Assembly (NCBI GenBank): GCA_001275005.1
Contig: JWZX01002081.1
Location: forward strand, 1 to 45,239
Length of the DNA stretch: 45,239 nucleotides
DNA from: Chrysochromulina tobinii
Taxonomy: Eukaryota
Direction of reading: 5' to 3'
In this document: piece after piece, positions 20,501 through 30,044 of the stretch
How positions within the stretch are numbered: position 1 is the stretch's first letter
Layout of the letters: each line of letters opens with the position of its first letter
Notes under the pieces: model-generated
Database searches by the model: none
What the model was told of the DNA's origin: nothing
What the model saw: the letters and a program-made list of their open reading frames with translations, nothing else
Made by a program: the position numbers and the translations under genes

Positions 20501-22257
20501 CTTTCTCCACATGCGCCGCCTAGCTGCACAGTGTAACCCGAGATGCGTTCTCCCGTCTGCGTGGAGAGGGCGCGAGTGGTACGACGAGCGTGAGTGCATC
20601 GACTTGGTCTGCACGCTCGCGCAGATCACGCTGCTCGGCACCACAGGGCAGCTCTACGTGCTCGAGACAACGGCCGGGTCAGGCGCATCTGCCGGGCTGG
20701 AAGCGCGAGCCGAACCTGATGGCGTTGGGCATCTGGTCATGAAGCTGCGCTCCGAACTCGAGCCGAGCCACAAGCTGATCGCGGACACGCGCTTCCAGAT
20801 GCTCGAGCTGCTTGAGCGGAGCGGTTGCAGCCCTGCCCAATGCGACGCGTGCATGCAAGTCTTCGGCAGCTGGCGCGAGCACTCGGCGCAGCTCTCGGCG
20901 GCCAATCAGCTCATGGTCCAACGAGCTGGGCGAGCCCGAGAGGGCTCGTGGTGGGAGAGCGTCTGTCTCCAAGAGAGCCGAGAGGGCTCGTGGTGCATCG
21001 AGCTCGTCTGCGATCTCTACGCGCGGCTCGAGGTGGCCCTGGGTCGTCCACCCGACGCAGATGAGCTGTCGCACGCTGCGGGTGACGCAATGGACCCCGA
21101 CGCAATCGACCCTGGAGCCGAGGATGCAACGGACAAGCAGGAGGCGGCGAAGGCGGAGACGGAGACGGAGGCGTTGGAATACCTGCAGGAGGCTACGACG
21201 TCGGCGGCCCTGCGCAAGGCCCTCCTAGCAGCCGTCCACTATAGAGAGGTACCAGCGATCGCCGAAGCCATGCAGGCCGCCCGCCAACGTGTGCAAGAGA
21301 TGACCGTCACGGACAACAGCCATGACGTAGCCGCCGCTGAGGGAGACGATGCGGTAGCCAGCAGTGTCGGCCTTCAGCACGCTGACGCCGTCGCCATCTT
21401 GCGGGCCCAGCGCCATCGGTCGCTGGAAGGCACACGTGCCCTCACCCAACGCATGCTCTCTCGCTGGCGCGAACTGCCAAGTCCACCCACGATGCTGCGC
21501 CTGAACTCCATGCAGCGAACTCTCGACTCGGTCCCTTCGACGCTGCTCCAGTACTGTCAGCAGGATCTCGAGGTCGGCAATTTCTCGGTGCCGCCCCTCG
21601 AAAAGCTCCTTGAGTTCGACGTGATCGTGGCCACGTGCGGCGCCACGCACCTTCTTTATGAGGCGGGCCTGCCCTTCGTGTCCGAGTCGCCCAAGGTGCT
21701 CGAGACGGCGCTTGTGGAGAAGCACCACACTCCGCGGGTGGTCGAGACGGATGCCGACCGAGAGCATTCCCACGACGAAGTCCAGGCGCTCGAGACGGCG
21801 CTCGAGCCACCGAGCGCTCCTCACAAGGAGGAGGGGCGGTACCTTGAGAGGAAGAATGAGAGGATGCGCGTCTTCGCGGGCACCCTGAAGGCCCTCGCTG
21901 GCCTGCTGGCTGAGGCTCAGCAGGCGCCGACGCAAGTTTTTGGGTCGGGCACCAGCTCGAAAGCAACGGACGAGGCGGCGAAGGTCAAGTGGCTCGATGT
22001 CGATTGGCTCGACAAGTGCAAGGGGGCTATGCTCGTAGGTCACTTCACCCATGTGCTTGTGGACGAAGCATCGCAGGCACTCGAGTCGGAAGAGATGCTG
22101 CCCCTCGCCTTTGCAGGCGTAGGCTGCGCAGCGGTGCTCTGCGGCGACCACAAGCAGCTTGGTCCGGTCGTGCGCTCGCCTTTTGGGCGCGAGCACGGGT
22201 TGGGCGTTTCACTCCTCGAGCGGCTGATGCGACTGCCTGTATACCAACAGGCCGGCA

Positions 22258-22288
<31 letters not shown>

Positions 22289-23444
22289 ACCAGCGCCGAC
22301 GTCGGCCGCTGCGCCGTCGGCAGCCGCTTCGTCGTCCGCGCCCGCGCAGTTGGCCGCACCGCGCACGCGCTGCATGACCAAGCTGGTGCGCAACTATCGC
22401 TCCGCCGGTGCGCTACTGCAGCTGCCCTCAGAGCTGTCGTATGATGGCGAGCTTGTCGAGTGCGCCGACAAGTCGGTGACGGGCTCGATGGGCGCTTGGA
22501 CACAGCTGGTGACCGAGCACTTCCCACTACTCTTTTACGGGTGTACCTCGGCCCATTCGCTGTATAAGGTGGACGCGTCGTCGGCGCATCCATCCTCTTC
22601 GTACCGCAATGTGACGGAGGCCGAGAAGCTGGTCGACTTGATCGAGTCGCTCCTCGCTCAGGAGATGAATGTGGCTCACACGGGTGCTGAGCGGCCGCGT
22701 GAGTGCACACGTGAGGAGGGAGAGGAGGTGGAAGCCGCGGAGAAGGCCGAGAGGCCCAGCATGCCTGCGGACCTCGTGGCTGCTGCCTCGAAGGACGCTC
22801 AAGCGCACCTCGTGGCTGCTGCCTCGAAGGACGCTCAAGCGCCGGCGCAGTCGAGAACGGCAGCGTCCGCCACGGTGGCGGGTGGTGTCCCTCGACGGCG
22901 TATTACGACCAATGACATCGGCGTCGTGACGCCGTTTCGAGCACAGGTGCTGCATGTGCGCAACTTGCTACGTCGGCGTGGATACGGCGCGGTGCGAGTG
23001 GGTACAGTGGACGACTACCAAGGGCAAGAGGAGCTCATTATCATCATCTCGACGGTGGTCGGCTCCGCGAACACGCGCTCGATCGGCACGATGGCCCACG
23101 GGCTCATGGCGTCCCCACAGCGCTTCAATGTGGCCATCACGCGTGCCAAAGCGCTCCTTGTCATCGTGGCTGATCCGAATGCACTGTGGGAGGACACGCA
23201 CTGGCGCAAGCTGCTCCAGTACGCAGTGGACAACCGTGCTTACCGAGGCTGCGCGCATCCGTTGCTGCCCACGGGCGCCGACGACAACGCCGTGGACGCA
23301 ATCGCCTCCCTCATCTCCCAGGCAGCGCGGCGCACGCTGCTGGGAGGGGGGCACGCACGCGCCATGTTCCCCGGGCTCGACTCGTCCTTAGGGGCGGGCG
23401 ATTATGACGACGTCGAGGAAGAGCAGGGGTGGAAGATGTACTGA
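17556..23444 (+). CDS. MOV10/SDE3/Armitage-like UPF1-family (SF1B) RNA helicase
   Basis: Motifs LNAEQWQAV, PYLVFGPPGTGKT, LLVTAPSNAAAD, HFTHVLVDEASQA, GDHKQLGPVVRS, SLLERLM, KLVRNYRS, IGVVTPFRAQV, VGTVDDYQGQE and RFNVAITRAKALL. The MOV10-type VEVPGLQEQHPPVQQGD beta-barrel motif and an N-terminal Ig-like segment are also present. ATG at 17556. Confidence 0.9.
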
Positions 23445-23560
23445 GCGGCGCACGGTCCTTCTGAGACGTGAGACTAAGAAGTGAGCTCTCAAATTCGATT
23501 GTCCATGGCTATGGAGCTGCACCTCGTCGCCACAGCCCACAGCGCACCGAGCGACGCGAC

Positions 23561-23760
23561 GGCACCTTGTACCATTAGCAAGCTAGCATGAAGAGGAGGT
23601 CATGCGGGCGCCCATCGCACGAGGGCACCTTGTACCATCGAGAGCTGAGCATGAAGATGAGCTTCAGATACGTAGCAGGCGGTGGTGGCCGGTGCGGTAG
23701 GCCTCACTATCTCTGACTGGACCAATCTCGCTCGTCTCCGTGATCTCGCTCGTCTCCGTG
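23561..23760. repeat. Local duplications in the convergent intergenic region
   Basis: GGCACCTTGTACCAT...AGCATGAAGA recurs with 63-bp spacing (23561, 23624). ATCTCGCTCGTCTCCGTG x2 at 23725-23760. Confidence 0.8.
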
Positions 23761-24205
23761 CAGGGACGGTCTTTGCTGTCACTCTGCCCGCCGGACCATG
23801 CATGAAATCGAAGTAAATCAAAACGGCCTCGTCTAGCGACAGTGCGTGTACACAGGTTACACCCACACGTATGCGCGCAACTCTCCACGACGAACAAGAC
23901 TCTCCAGTCCGGACGTACAGGGTGGTGCTTATCCTCCAACGAAATCCCAACATGCAACACGAGGTGCTCGAAGAGCAGGTGGGTTTCGCTTTTTCGTTTC
24001 CCCCCGAGTGTGCTCGTGGTATGCGGTGCCTGCAGCTCGTAACCTGTACTGTACAACGTGGGCAGCGTCAGAGGTCCCGTCCCATCCACCTCAGCGGGCC
24101 GTGCCAAAGGCATCTTCGCTGTCCCTTTGTCCCATCCGACCGATGGCGCTGCTTGATGCAGACAGCATGCTGTCTTTGTGCACGTGCGCATCCCGGGCTC
24201 CCCAC

Positions 24206-27200
24206 CTAGTTGTAGAGGTCGTCCGCCCCGATGCCCGGCGCATCGTCCGCCCCGTACGCCATCGTGGCGTCGGCAGCGGGCGCACCGACGTCAATGCGCT
24301 CGTAGAGGAGCAGGTACGCGCCGCGCAGTACAGCCGCCGTACTTGTCGGGTTGTCGCATGAGAGGCTCACGTGCGAATCGTCGTAGCACGCCCACTGGTC
24401 GCCTTCGCCCACGCGCGCCGTGCATGTGTAGTGGCCTCCCCAGCAATGCTCACCATGATGCGACACGAGCGCGCGCAGGCGGAACATGGCACCGCCGGTG
24501 CTGTCAGCACCGCCCGCATCCTCATCGCCATCACCGTCACCGCTCTCTGTGTCCACCGCACCTGGGCCATCTGGCATCTCTGTGCCCTCGACCTCTTGCT
24601 CACCGTGCGTCGCTTCGAGGTGCGGCGCGAGGCTTAGTCGCTCATCTACGCGCACACGAGTCGTGAGCTTGGTGGCGATGCCAGTGCGCGGGTCGCTGTG
24701 AAACCGCTTGAGGTGTAGCATCAGGTTGGGCGGCAGCGGTGCTAGCAGCCGCTGCGACGCAAGCGCGCTCTCGTGGCCGCAACGCTCGCAACGTCGCTCC
24801 CGCAGCTCATCCACAAAGAAGCGCGACGCCAACGTGCTCACGTGCAGCCCGCCAGCGCCGCCTCCGGTTTCGTCACGACCACCATCGGCGTCGCTGACGC
24901 CACCGCCACTGCCCTCATCGTTGCCGCCACCGCTGCGAGGGCTCCCACCCCGGGCGTCTCCCCGCCCTGACTCGGGTTTCAGCGGGCCGTAACGCGAGCT
25001 GACTCCTACAGGCGACAGATGGAGTGCGAGCGGCGGCGGAACCATCCCGCCGTACGGCGCGCCGAGCGAAGAGCGGACTCGCGGCTCACGTGGGGGCGTG
25101 AACAGCCCCGCCCCGGCCGCGGCCGCGCCCAACCCACCGGCCAACGGCGAAGCCGGTGCGTCGTACGACCCGCCCACGACGATTCCCAGCAGCTCCTCCA
25201 CTGGAGCAAGCGGCCCCTCGGCCGCGGCGGGGTCGAGGCTAAAAAAAGTGCTCCCCGCCGCACCCTCCGTGCCCGCGTGCTCTTGCTTGTGCCCACCCGA
25301 CGTCGCCATCGTCACTGCTTGATCCCACCCGTTGTCGTGGGCGCCGCCGCCAGCGCCGCCATCGCCAGCGCTGCCTTCGAGACTGGCCACGAGCGCGAGG
25401 GCGACTTGTCGGTCCTCTTCAGACTGCGTGTTCCAGGTCGGTGCGGAGGAGCTGCTGAACAGCGCCATCTGCGCGTCCAGCTCCGCCTCAGTGACACCCG
25501 CGGCCAATAAAATGGCACGCTGCTCCTCGTCCGCGGCGCCGTCTTGGGCGTCCGCGGCGCCGTCTTGGGCGTCCGCGGCGCCGTCTTGGGCGTCCGCGCC
25601 AGAGTCGGCCGGCGTGTCGACGGCAAGTGCGCCGCCGCCGTGGCCGTCGCGGCGGCTGCCTGAGCTGGGGGCGCAGTTCGCTGGGCCGGAATGGGTCAGT
25701 GGGTTGCGCATCGAGCTGAGGGAGCGTTGGAAGAGATCAGAGGAACTGCCGTGGGCTGGCAGCACATCCCCTCTGCCGCGGAGCGGCGGCACATCCACTT
25801 TGGGCGCCGTGGTGGGCACGTCTCGACGCAGCCGCTGGTGCGCACGGGCATCGTCCAACCGATCTTCAGCGTCCATATCGCCGCCGTGGCCGCCGCCTCC
25901 GCCGCCGATGACGGCGAAGGTGGACCCTTCGTCGTTGAAGACGCCGAGGCCTTGGTTGGCGAGGGTGTCTGCGGCGCCACCGAGGAGGCCGAAAGGCCTG
26001 GGCGCGGCGGGCGCGGCATTCTCCGCGTCATCCTCGTTGGCGGAGTCGCCCGTGTCAGCCGCGGGCAGCTCAAACCGATTGCCGGGCAAGCGCACGCGCT
26101 TGCACGCAGCCCCGCTGCCTGCACCCGGGCCCAGAGCTCTCCCGTCCACGCGGTCGGCTTGGCCGCTAGCGCGCACCGCCACATCGTTGAGGAGCATCAT
26201 CATCGACGGCGATGCCTTCTCATCAAAGTGCGTCGCATGGCTGTGGAGCAAGCCGAGCGGCTCCGGATCGCCCCCGCAGCCAGCATCCGCACCCTGCTCG
26301 TACAGGCGTCGTATCGAGCGCTTGCCGTGACCGCTGACGGACGACGGCGAGCACGTATCGAGCGACGGCAAGCACTCATCGAGCGTCTTCGCCGGCACGT
26401 CCGACAGCGGCGCGTCGTCGAGAAGGTTGACCACGTCAGTAGTGGCGGGTGCCGTCCTCTCGGGCAAGTTGAGCGAAAGGTGGTTGAAGCGCTCCACAGA
26501 CGCAGATGCGAAGCCGCACGCGGTGCATCGGAGAGTCGTGCGCACGCGGAATCCAAAAGACATCTCGACGGGGCACGCAGAGCTCACACTCGCGGTGCCA
26601 GGCGTGCATGAGCTGTTTCGCTCCAAGGGAGGCACAAACGGGCCGCGCTGCGCCGAGCACTCGACACCCGTCAGAGGCGCGTTGAGGAGGGGAGGGCTGC
26701 GGCCTGTCAACTTCGCGTCTGTTGCTGCAGCCTCGGCCGCCGCCGCCACCTCCGCGTCGTCTAAGCAGTCGGCCGTCGTCGTGGAGTCCTCGCGCACCAC
26801 CGCCGCGTGCAAATCGAGCGCTGTCCCGCGCACCATCCCAGCCTCCGTGCCAGCCTCCGTGCCAGCCGCCATGGCACCCTGCTGCTCGATTAGCCGAACT
26901 CGAGCCCGGACGGCCCAGCGGCTGAGGCCAGCCGCCAGCTTGGCTTGCCGGAATCTGCCTGTCGCCTCGGCCGCTTCGGTCAGCTCGGCCGCCTCCGCCA
27001 CCTCGGCCGCTTCCGCCGCCGCTGCCACCTCGGCCGCCTCCGCCGCCGCCGCCACCTCCGCCGCCTCCAGGGCCTCGGCGGCGATGCGATCGGCGGCGCT
27101 CCAAATTGGACGGTGAGGTTCGTCAATTTCCATGTTGCCGTCGGCTGCGGCAATGCCATCGGCCTCGGCTCCGGCGGTGGCGTCGCCGGGAACGACGCTC

Positions 27201-29770
27201 ACAGCGTTGGCACCGCTCTCAACTGCGGGCGCGCCGGGCGGCGAGGGCGTGCGTGACGCTTGCCGGCACGCCTTGGCCTCCTCCTCGAGCGCGTCGAAGG
27301 CGGCACACAGGAACTCGTGCGCATCATGCTGGGCGCCGCCCTTGAAGATTGGAAAGCGATCACCGAGCACCTGCTTGAAATGGCGTGCGCGCACGATCGA
27401 GCGGTCGGACGTCGTACTCTCGCGCGGTGCGAGCAGCGGCAGCGCCGCCGCCGCAAGAGACGGGCCGGGCAGCCGCGGCGTCGACGACGAGGGCGGCTGC
27501 GGCGTCACTGCGGCGGATGAAGGCCCCGCCTCGGCTCCCGCAGCGGGCAGAGCGCCGTCCGCCGCTGCGTCGCCGCCGCCTTCCTGGAGTGACGAGGCGG
27601 CTCCGGCGGAGGCGCGCGCGGCCGGAGCGAGGACCGCCTCCTCCAGATTCTGGCGGAGCTGGCAGAGCTCAGCAAGGCGCTCAGGCAGCTGCTTGGCGAC
27701 GGCGAGGCACTGGAGCGTCGCGTTCAAGTAGCACGTGTTGCCTAAATTGGCAAGCCCGGGCATGCATCCAACGGGAGGCGAGAGTGGGCGGCTCGCCAGG
27801 TGGCATCGGTTGGCGCGCCCGTTCGCCTCTGCACCGCGCGGCGAGTGCAGCAGCGATTTGCCCTGCCGCCCAAACGACTGCAGCGAGGGCTGGCGCAGCG
27901 TGCCTGACGACGTTCCAGCGGTGGCGCCATCAAACTCCTTGTGAAGCCGATCACTCGAGCGCGAGGTGCGCTGCTGCGCGTCCGCAGTCGAGCCGCTCGG
28001 CGACAAGGTGCCAAGGGGGCGCCCCATGCCGGCAGGCGCGCACGTTCTCTTACGCTGCCGGTCGGCGAGCTGCTGGTGGCGCTGCCGCTGCAGCGGTGGC
28101 GGCTGCTTCGGATGCATGCGAACCTCGGAGCTCTGAACCTCGGATGCATGCATGCGAACCTCGGATGCATGCATGCGAACCTCGGATGCATGCATGCGAA
28201 CCTCGGATGCATGCATGCGAACCTCGGAGCTCTGAACGACCCGATCGTGAAGCCCGCCGCCCGTGCGGCTGAGCTCGAGGTCGAGCCCACTCTTACCACT
28301 CTCGCCGTCCACGCCGACGCCACCGCGCTGCTGCTTGTCCCTCGCGCCCATGATCGAGAGAGGCGCCTGATTGCGAGCGCGCCCGTCTCGGCTGAAGACG
28401 AACCCCGGGGGGGGTACGCGGCCCGCCACCTCCGGCGCATCGTCGGCGGCCTCGGCCGCATCGATCACTGCCCCCGCATCGTCGTCGTCGTCCTCCTCCT
28501 CCTCTTGCTCCACAGCCTCGTCGTCCTCGTACTCGCCCTCGAGCTCCATCGCGTCGTCGTCGTCGAGAGGCTCCCGCGGTGACATCTGCGCCTGCATCGA
28601 GCCCGTGGATCTTTCGCTCGGCGTGCGCGATGCGCTCGGGCGGCATGCGACCGGCGCGCCGCCACTCGCGCCGCGGAAGGCAAGTTGTCCTAAGTAGGCA
28701 AGCTCACCAAAGGGACCGCTGTTGGACTGATCAGTATGATCGAGCATTCGACTTCCGACGGCGCCCGCGACGGCGCCACGACCGCCGCCGCCGCCGCCGC
28801 TGCCGCCCGCGGTGCCGATGTGCGCGCCGCCTCCTGCACCGCTGCGTCCGTCTCCGCTGGGAACACCGCCTCCGCCTTTGCCTGCACCACCGCCGACGCT
28901 GCCGCCGCCGACGACGACGACGACGCCGCCGCCGCCGCCGCCGTCGCCGCCAGCACCGCCGCCGCCGCCATTCTCCTCGTCGGCGCCCTTGGCGGCCCGC
29001 AGCCTTTGCGCCGCGCCAGCCAGCTGCTTCACATGCCGTGCGGAGGGCTGGTTGCCCGAGCCGAGGCCGGGCTTGCTCGCCGCGAGGCCTGCGGACAACC
29101 CTGCCACCTGCGGCTGCCTGCCGGCTACCGCTTGCTGCGCCACCTCGGCCGCCGCCATCTTGGCTGCCGCACTCGGGGGCACGCCGCCGCGTGACACGCC
29201 GCCGCTCGCTGCAGTGGCGGCGGCAGGATCGGCTGGCGGTGCGCCACTGGCACCGACCTTACTAGTGCGGCTGCTCGCCGACGGCTTCAGCGCTTTCGCC
29301 TTCTTGCCCGCCGTGCCAGCACCTGCGCCGGCGGCCGGCGCGGGCACCTCCTCGAGAGGTGTCGCGGGCTTCTTCTTGAGATGCCTCATTAAAACATCGA
29401 ACTTGGAAAGTGCCACTTGGTCACACGTCAGTATCAGCAGGTCGTTGCTCTCCTGCTCCGCGCCGCCGCTATACTTGGGAAGCACCACCGGCTTCAGATG
29501 CATCTCCCATCTCTCCTCGCCGCTGCCTACTGGCGACAAGCGGATGTGATTGTGCAGAGGCCAGCAGTGGTGCATCCCACCCTCCTTTTCGTAGGCAGCG
29601 AGACGGTACACCCCATCGACGTGCTCCAGGCGCGCCTGGCAGGCTGCGATCGGCAAGGCACGCTTCGTCAGCCTGATCTCGATGGGGCATCTCAAGATGT
29701 CGACGATGCTCACGGGAGTGCCGGCCGTGGAGGTACCCGGTAGCGGCTCGTCCTTGGACACGGAGCGCAT
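24206..29770 (-). CDS. Ubiquitin-specific protease (peptidase C19), USP26/29/37-like architecture
   Basis: Cys box GLANLGNTCYLNATLQCL, QHDAHEFL, Zn pairs CTACG and CERCG, LHLKRF, His box HHGEHCWGGHYTC, YDDSHV and AYLLLYER. UIM-like SEEDRQVALALVASLE lies inside the catalytic domain, and there is a compact beta-rich N-terminal domain. ATG at 29770. Confidence 0.9.
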   Translation of the reverse strand: MRSVSKDEPLPGTSTAGTPVSIVDILRCPIEIRLTKRALPIAACQARLEHVDGVYRLAAYEKEGGMHHCWPLHNHIRLSPVGSGEERWEMHLKPVVLPKYSGGAEQESNDLLILTCDQVALSKFDVLMRHLKKKPATPLEEVPAPAAGAGAGTAGKKAKALKPSASSRTSKVGASGAPPADPAAATAASGGVSRGGVPPSAAAKMAAAEVAQQAVAGRQPQVAGLSAGLAASKPGLGSGNQPSARHVKQLAGAAQRLRAAKGADEENGGGGGAGGDGGGGGGVVVVVGGGSVGGGAGKGGGGVPSGDGRSGAGGGAHIGTAGGSGGGGGGRGAVAGAVGSRMLDHTDQSNSGPFGELAYLGQLAFRGASGGAPVACRPSASRTPSERSTGSMQAQMSPREPLDDDDAMELEGEYEDDEAVEQEEEEDDDDDAGAVIDAAEAADDAPEVAGRVPPPGFVFSRDGRARNQAPLSIMGARDKQQRGGVGVDGESGKSGLDLELSRTGGGLHDRVVQSSEVRMHASEVRMHASEVRMHASEVRMHASEVQSSEVRMHPKQPPPLQRQRHQQLADRQRKRTCAPAGMGRPLGTLSPSGSTADAQQRTSRSSDRLHKEFDGATAGTSSGTLRQPSLQSFGRQGKSLLHSPRGAEANGRANRCHLASRPLSPPVGCMPGLANLGNTCYLNATLQCLAVAKQLPERLAELCQLRQNLEEAVLAPAARASAGAASSLQEGGGDAAADGALPAAGAEAGPSSAAVTPQPPSSSTPRLPGPSLAAAALPLLAPRESTTSDRSIVRARHFKQVLGDRFPIFKGGAQHDAHEFLCAAFDALEEEAKACRQASRTPSPPGAPAVESGANAVSVVPGDATAGAEADGIAAADGNMEIDEPHRPIWSAADRIAAEALEAAEVAAAAEAAEVAAAAEAAEVAEAAELTEAAEATGRFRQAKLAAGLSRWAVRARVRLIEQQGAMAAGTEAGTEAGMVRGTALDLHAAVVREDSTTTADCLDDAEVAAAAEAAATDAKLTGRSPPLLNAPLTGVECSAQRGPFVPPLERNSSCTPGTASVSSACPVEMSFGFRVRTTLRCTACGFASASVERFNHLSLNLPERTAPATTDVVNLLDDAPLSDVPAKTLDECLPSLDTCSPSSVSGHGKRSIRRLYEQGADAGCGGDPEPLGLLHSHATHFDEKASPSMMMLLNDVAVRASGQADRVDGRALGPGAGSGAACKRVRLPGNRFELPAADTGDSANEDDAENAAPAAPRPFGLLGGAADTLANQGLGVFNDEGSTFAVIGGGGGGHGGDMDAEDRLDDARAHQRLRRDVPTTAPKVDVPPLRGRGDVLPAHGSSSDLFQRSLSSMRNPLTHSGPANCAPSSGSRRDGHGGGALAVDTPADSGADAQDGAADAQDGAADAQDGAADEEQRAILLAAGVTEAELDAQMALFSSSSAPTWNTQSEEDRQVALALVASLEGSAGDGGAGGGAHDNGWDQAVTMATSGGHKQEHAGTEGAAGSTFFSLDPAAAEGPLAPVEELLGIVVGGSYDAPASPLAGGLGAAAAGAGLFTPPREPRVRSSLGAPYGGMVPPPLALHLSPVGVSSRYGPLKPESGRGDARGGSPRSGGGNDEGSGGGVSDADGGRDETGGGAGGLHVSTLASRFFVDELRERRCERCGHESALASQRLLAPLPPNLMLHLKRFHSDPRTGIATKLTTRVRVDERLSLAPHLEATHGEQEVEGTEMPDGPGAVDTESGDGDGDEDAGGADSTGGAMFRLRALVSHHGEHCWGGHYTCTARVGEGDQWACYDDSHVSLSCDNPTSTAAVLRGAYLLLYERIDVGAPAADATMAYGADDAPGIGADDLYN
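28108..28237. repeat. 21-bp coding minisatellite (SEVRMHA)n in the USP gene
   Basis: AACCTCGGATGCATGCATGCG x4 perfect copies at 28136-28219, plus partial flanking copies. Confidence 0.95.
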
Positions 29771-30044
29771 CGCGCTTCCAGTTCGCGTCGATCGCAAAAG
29801 AATTCCCCGCGCGCTGACCGTCTCAGGTCTTCACGAGTCAAGTCAAGTCTTCACAGTCTCTCCGACTATGAACACTCAACCTCGCCCCCTCCTCGTGTCA
29901 ACAGCCAAGAGACACTTTGGTCTTTGCGGGGCATGTTGCGGGGTTCTTTCTTCCTGATCGTGATCTGCTTCCCCTTTTGAACCCTGTCGGACCCTTATTC
30001 CGTGTGCGGTCGCTCCCACGCTGGTATACTCATCACAATCTCAT

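Noticed and set aside
28108..28237. Regular repeats resembling a CRISPR array (also 34703-34767 and 44632-44677)
   Set aside because: Head-to-tail tandem units with no unique spacers, no cas genes and a eukaryotic context.
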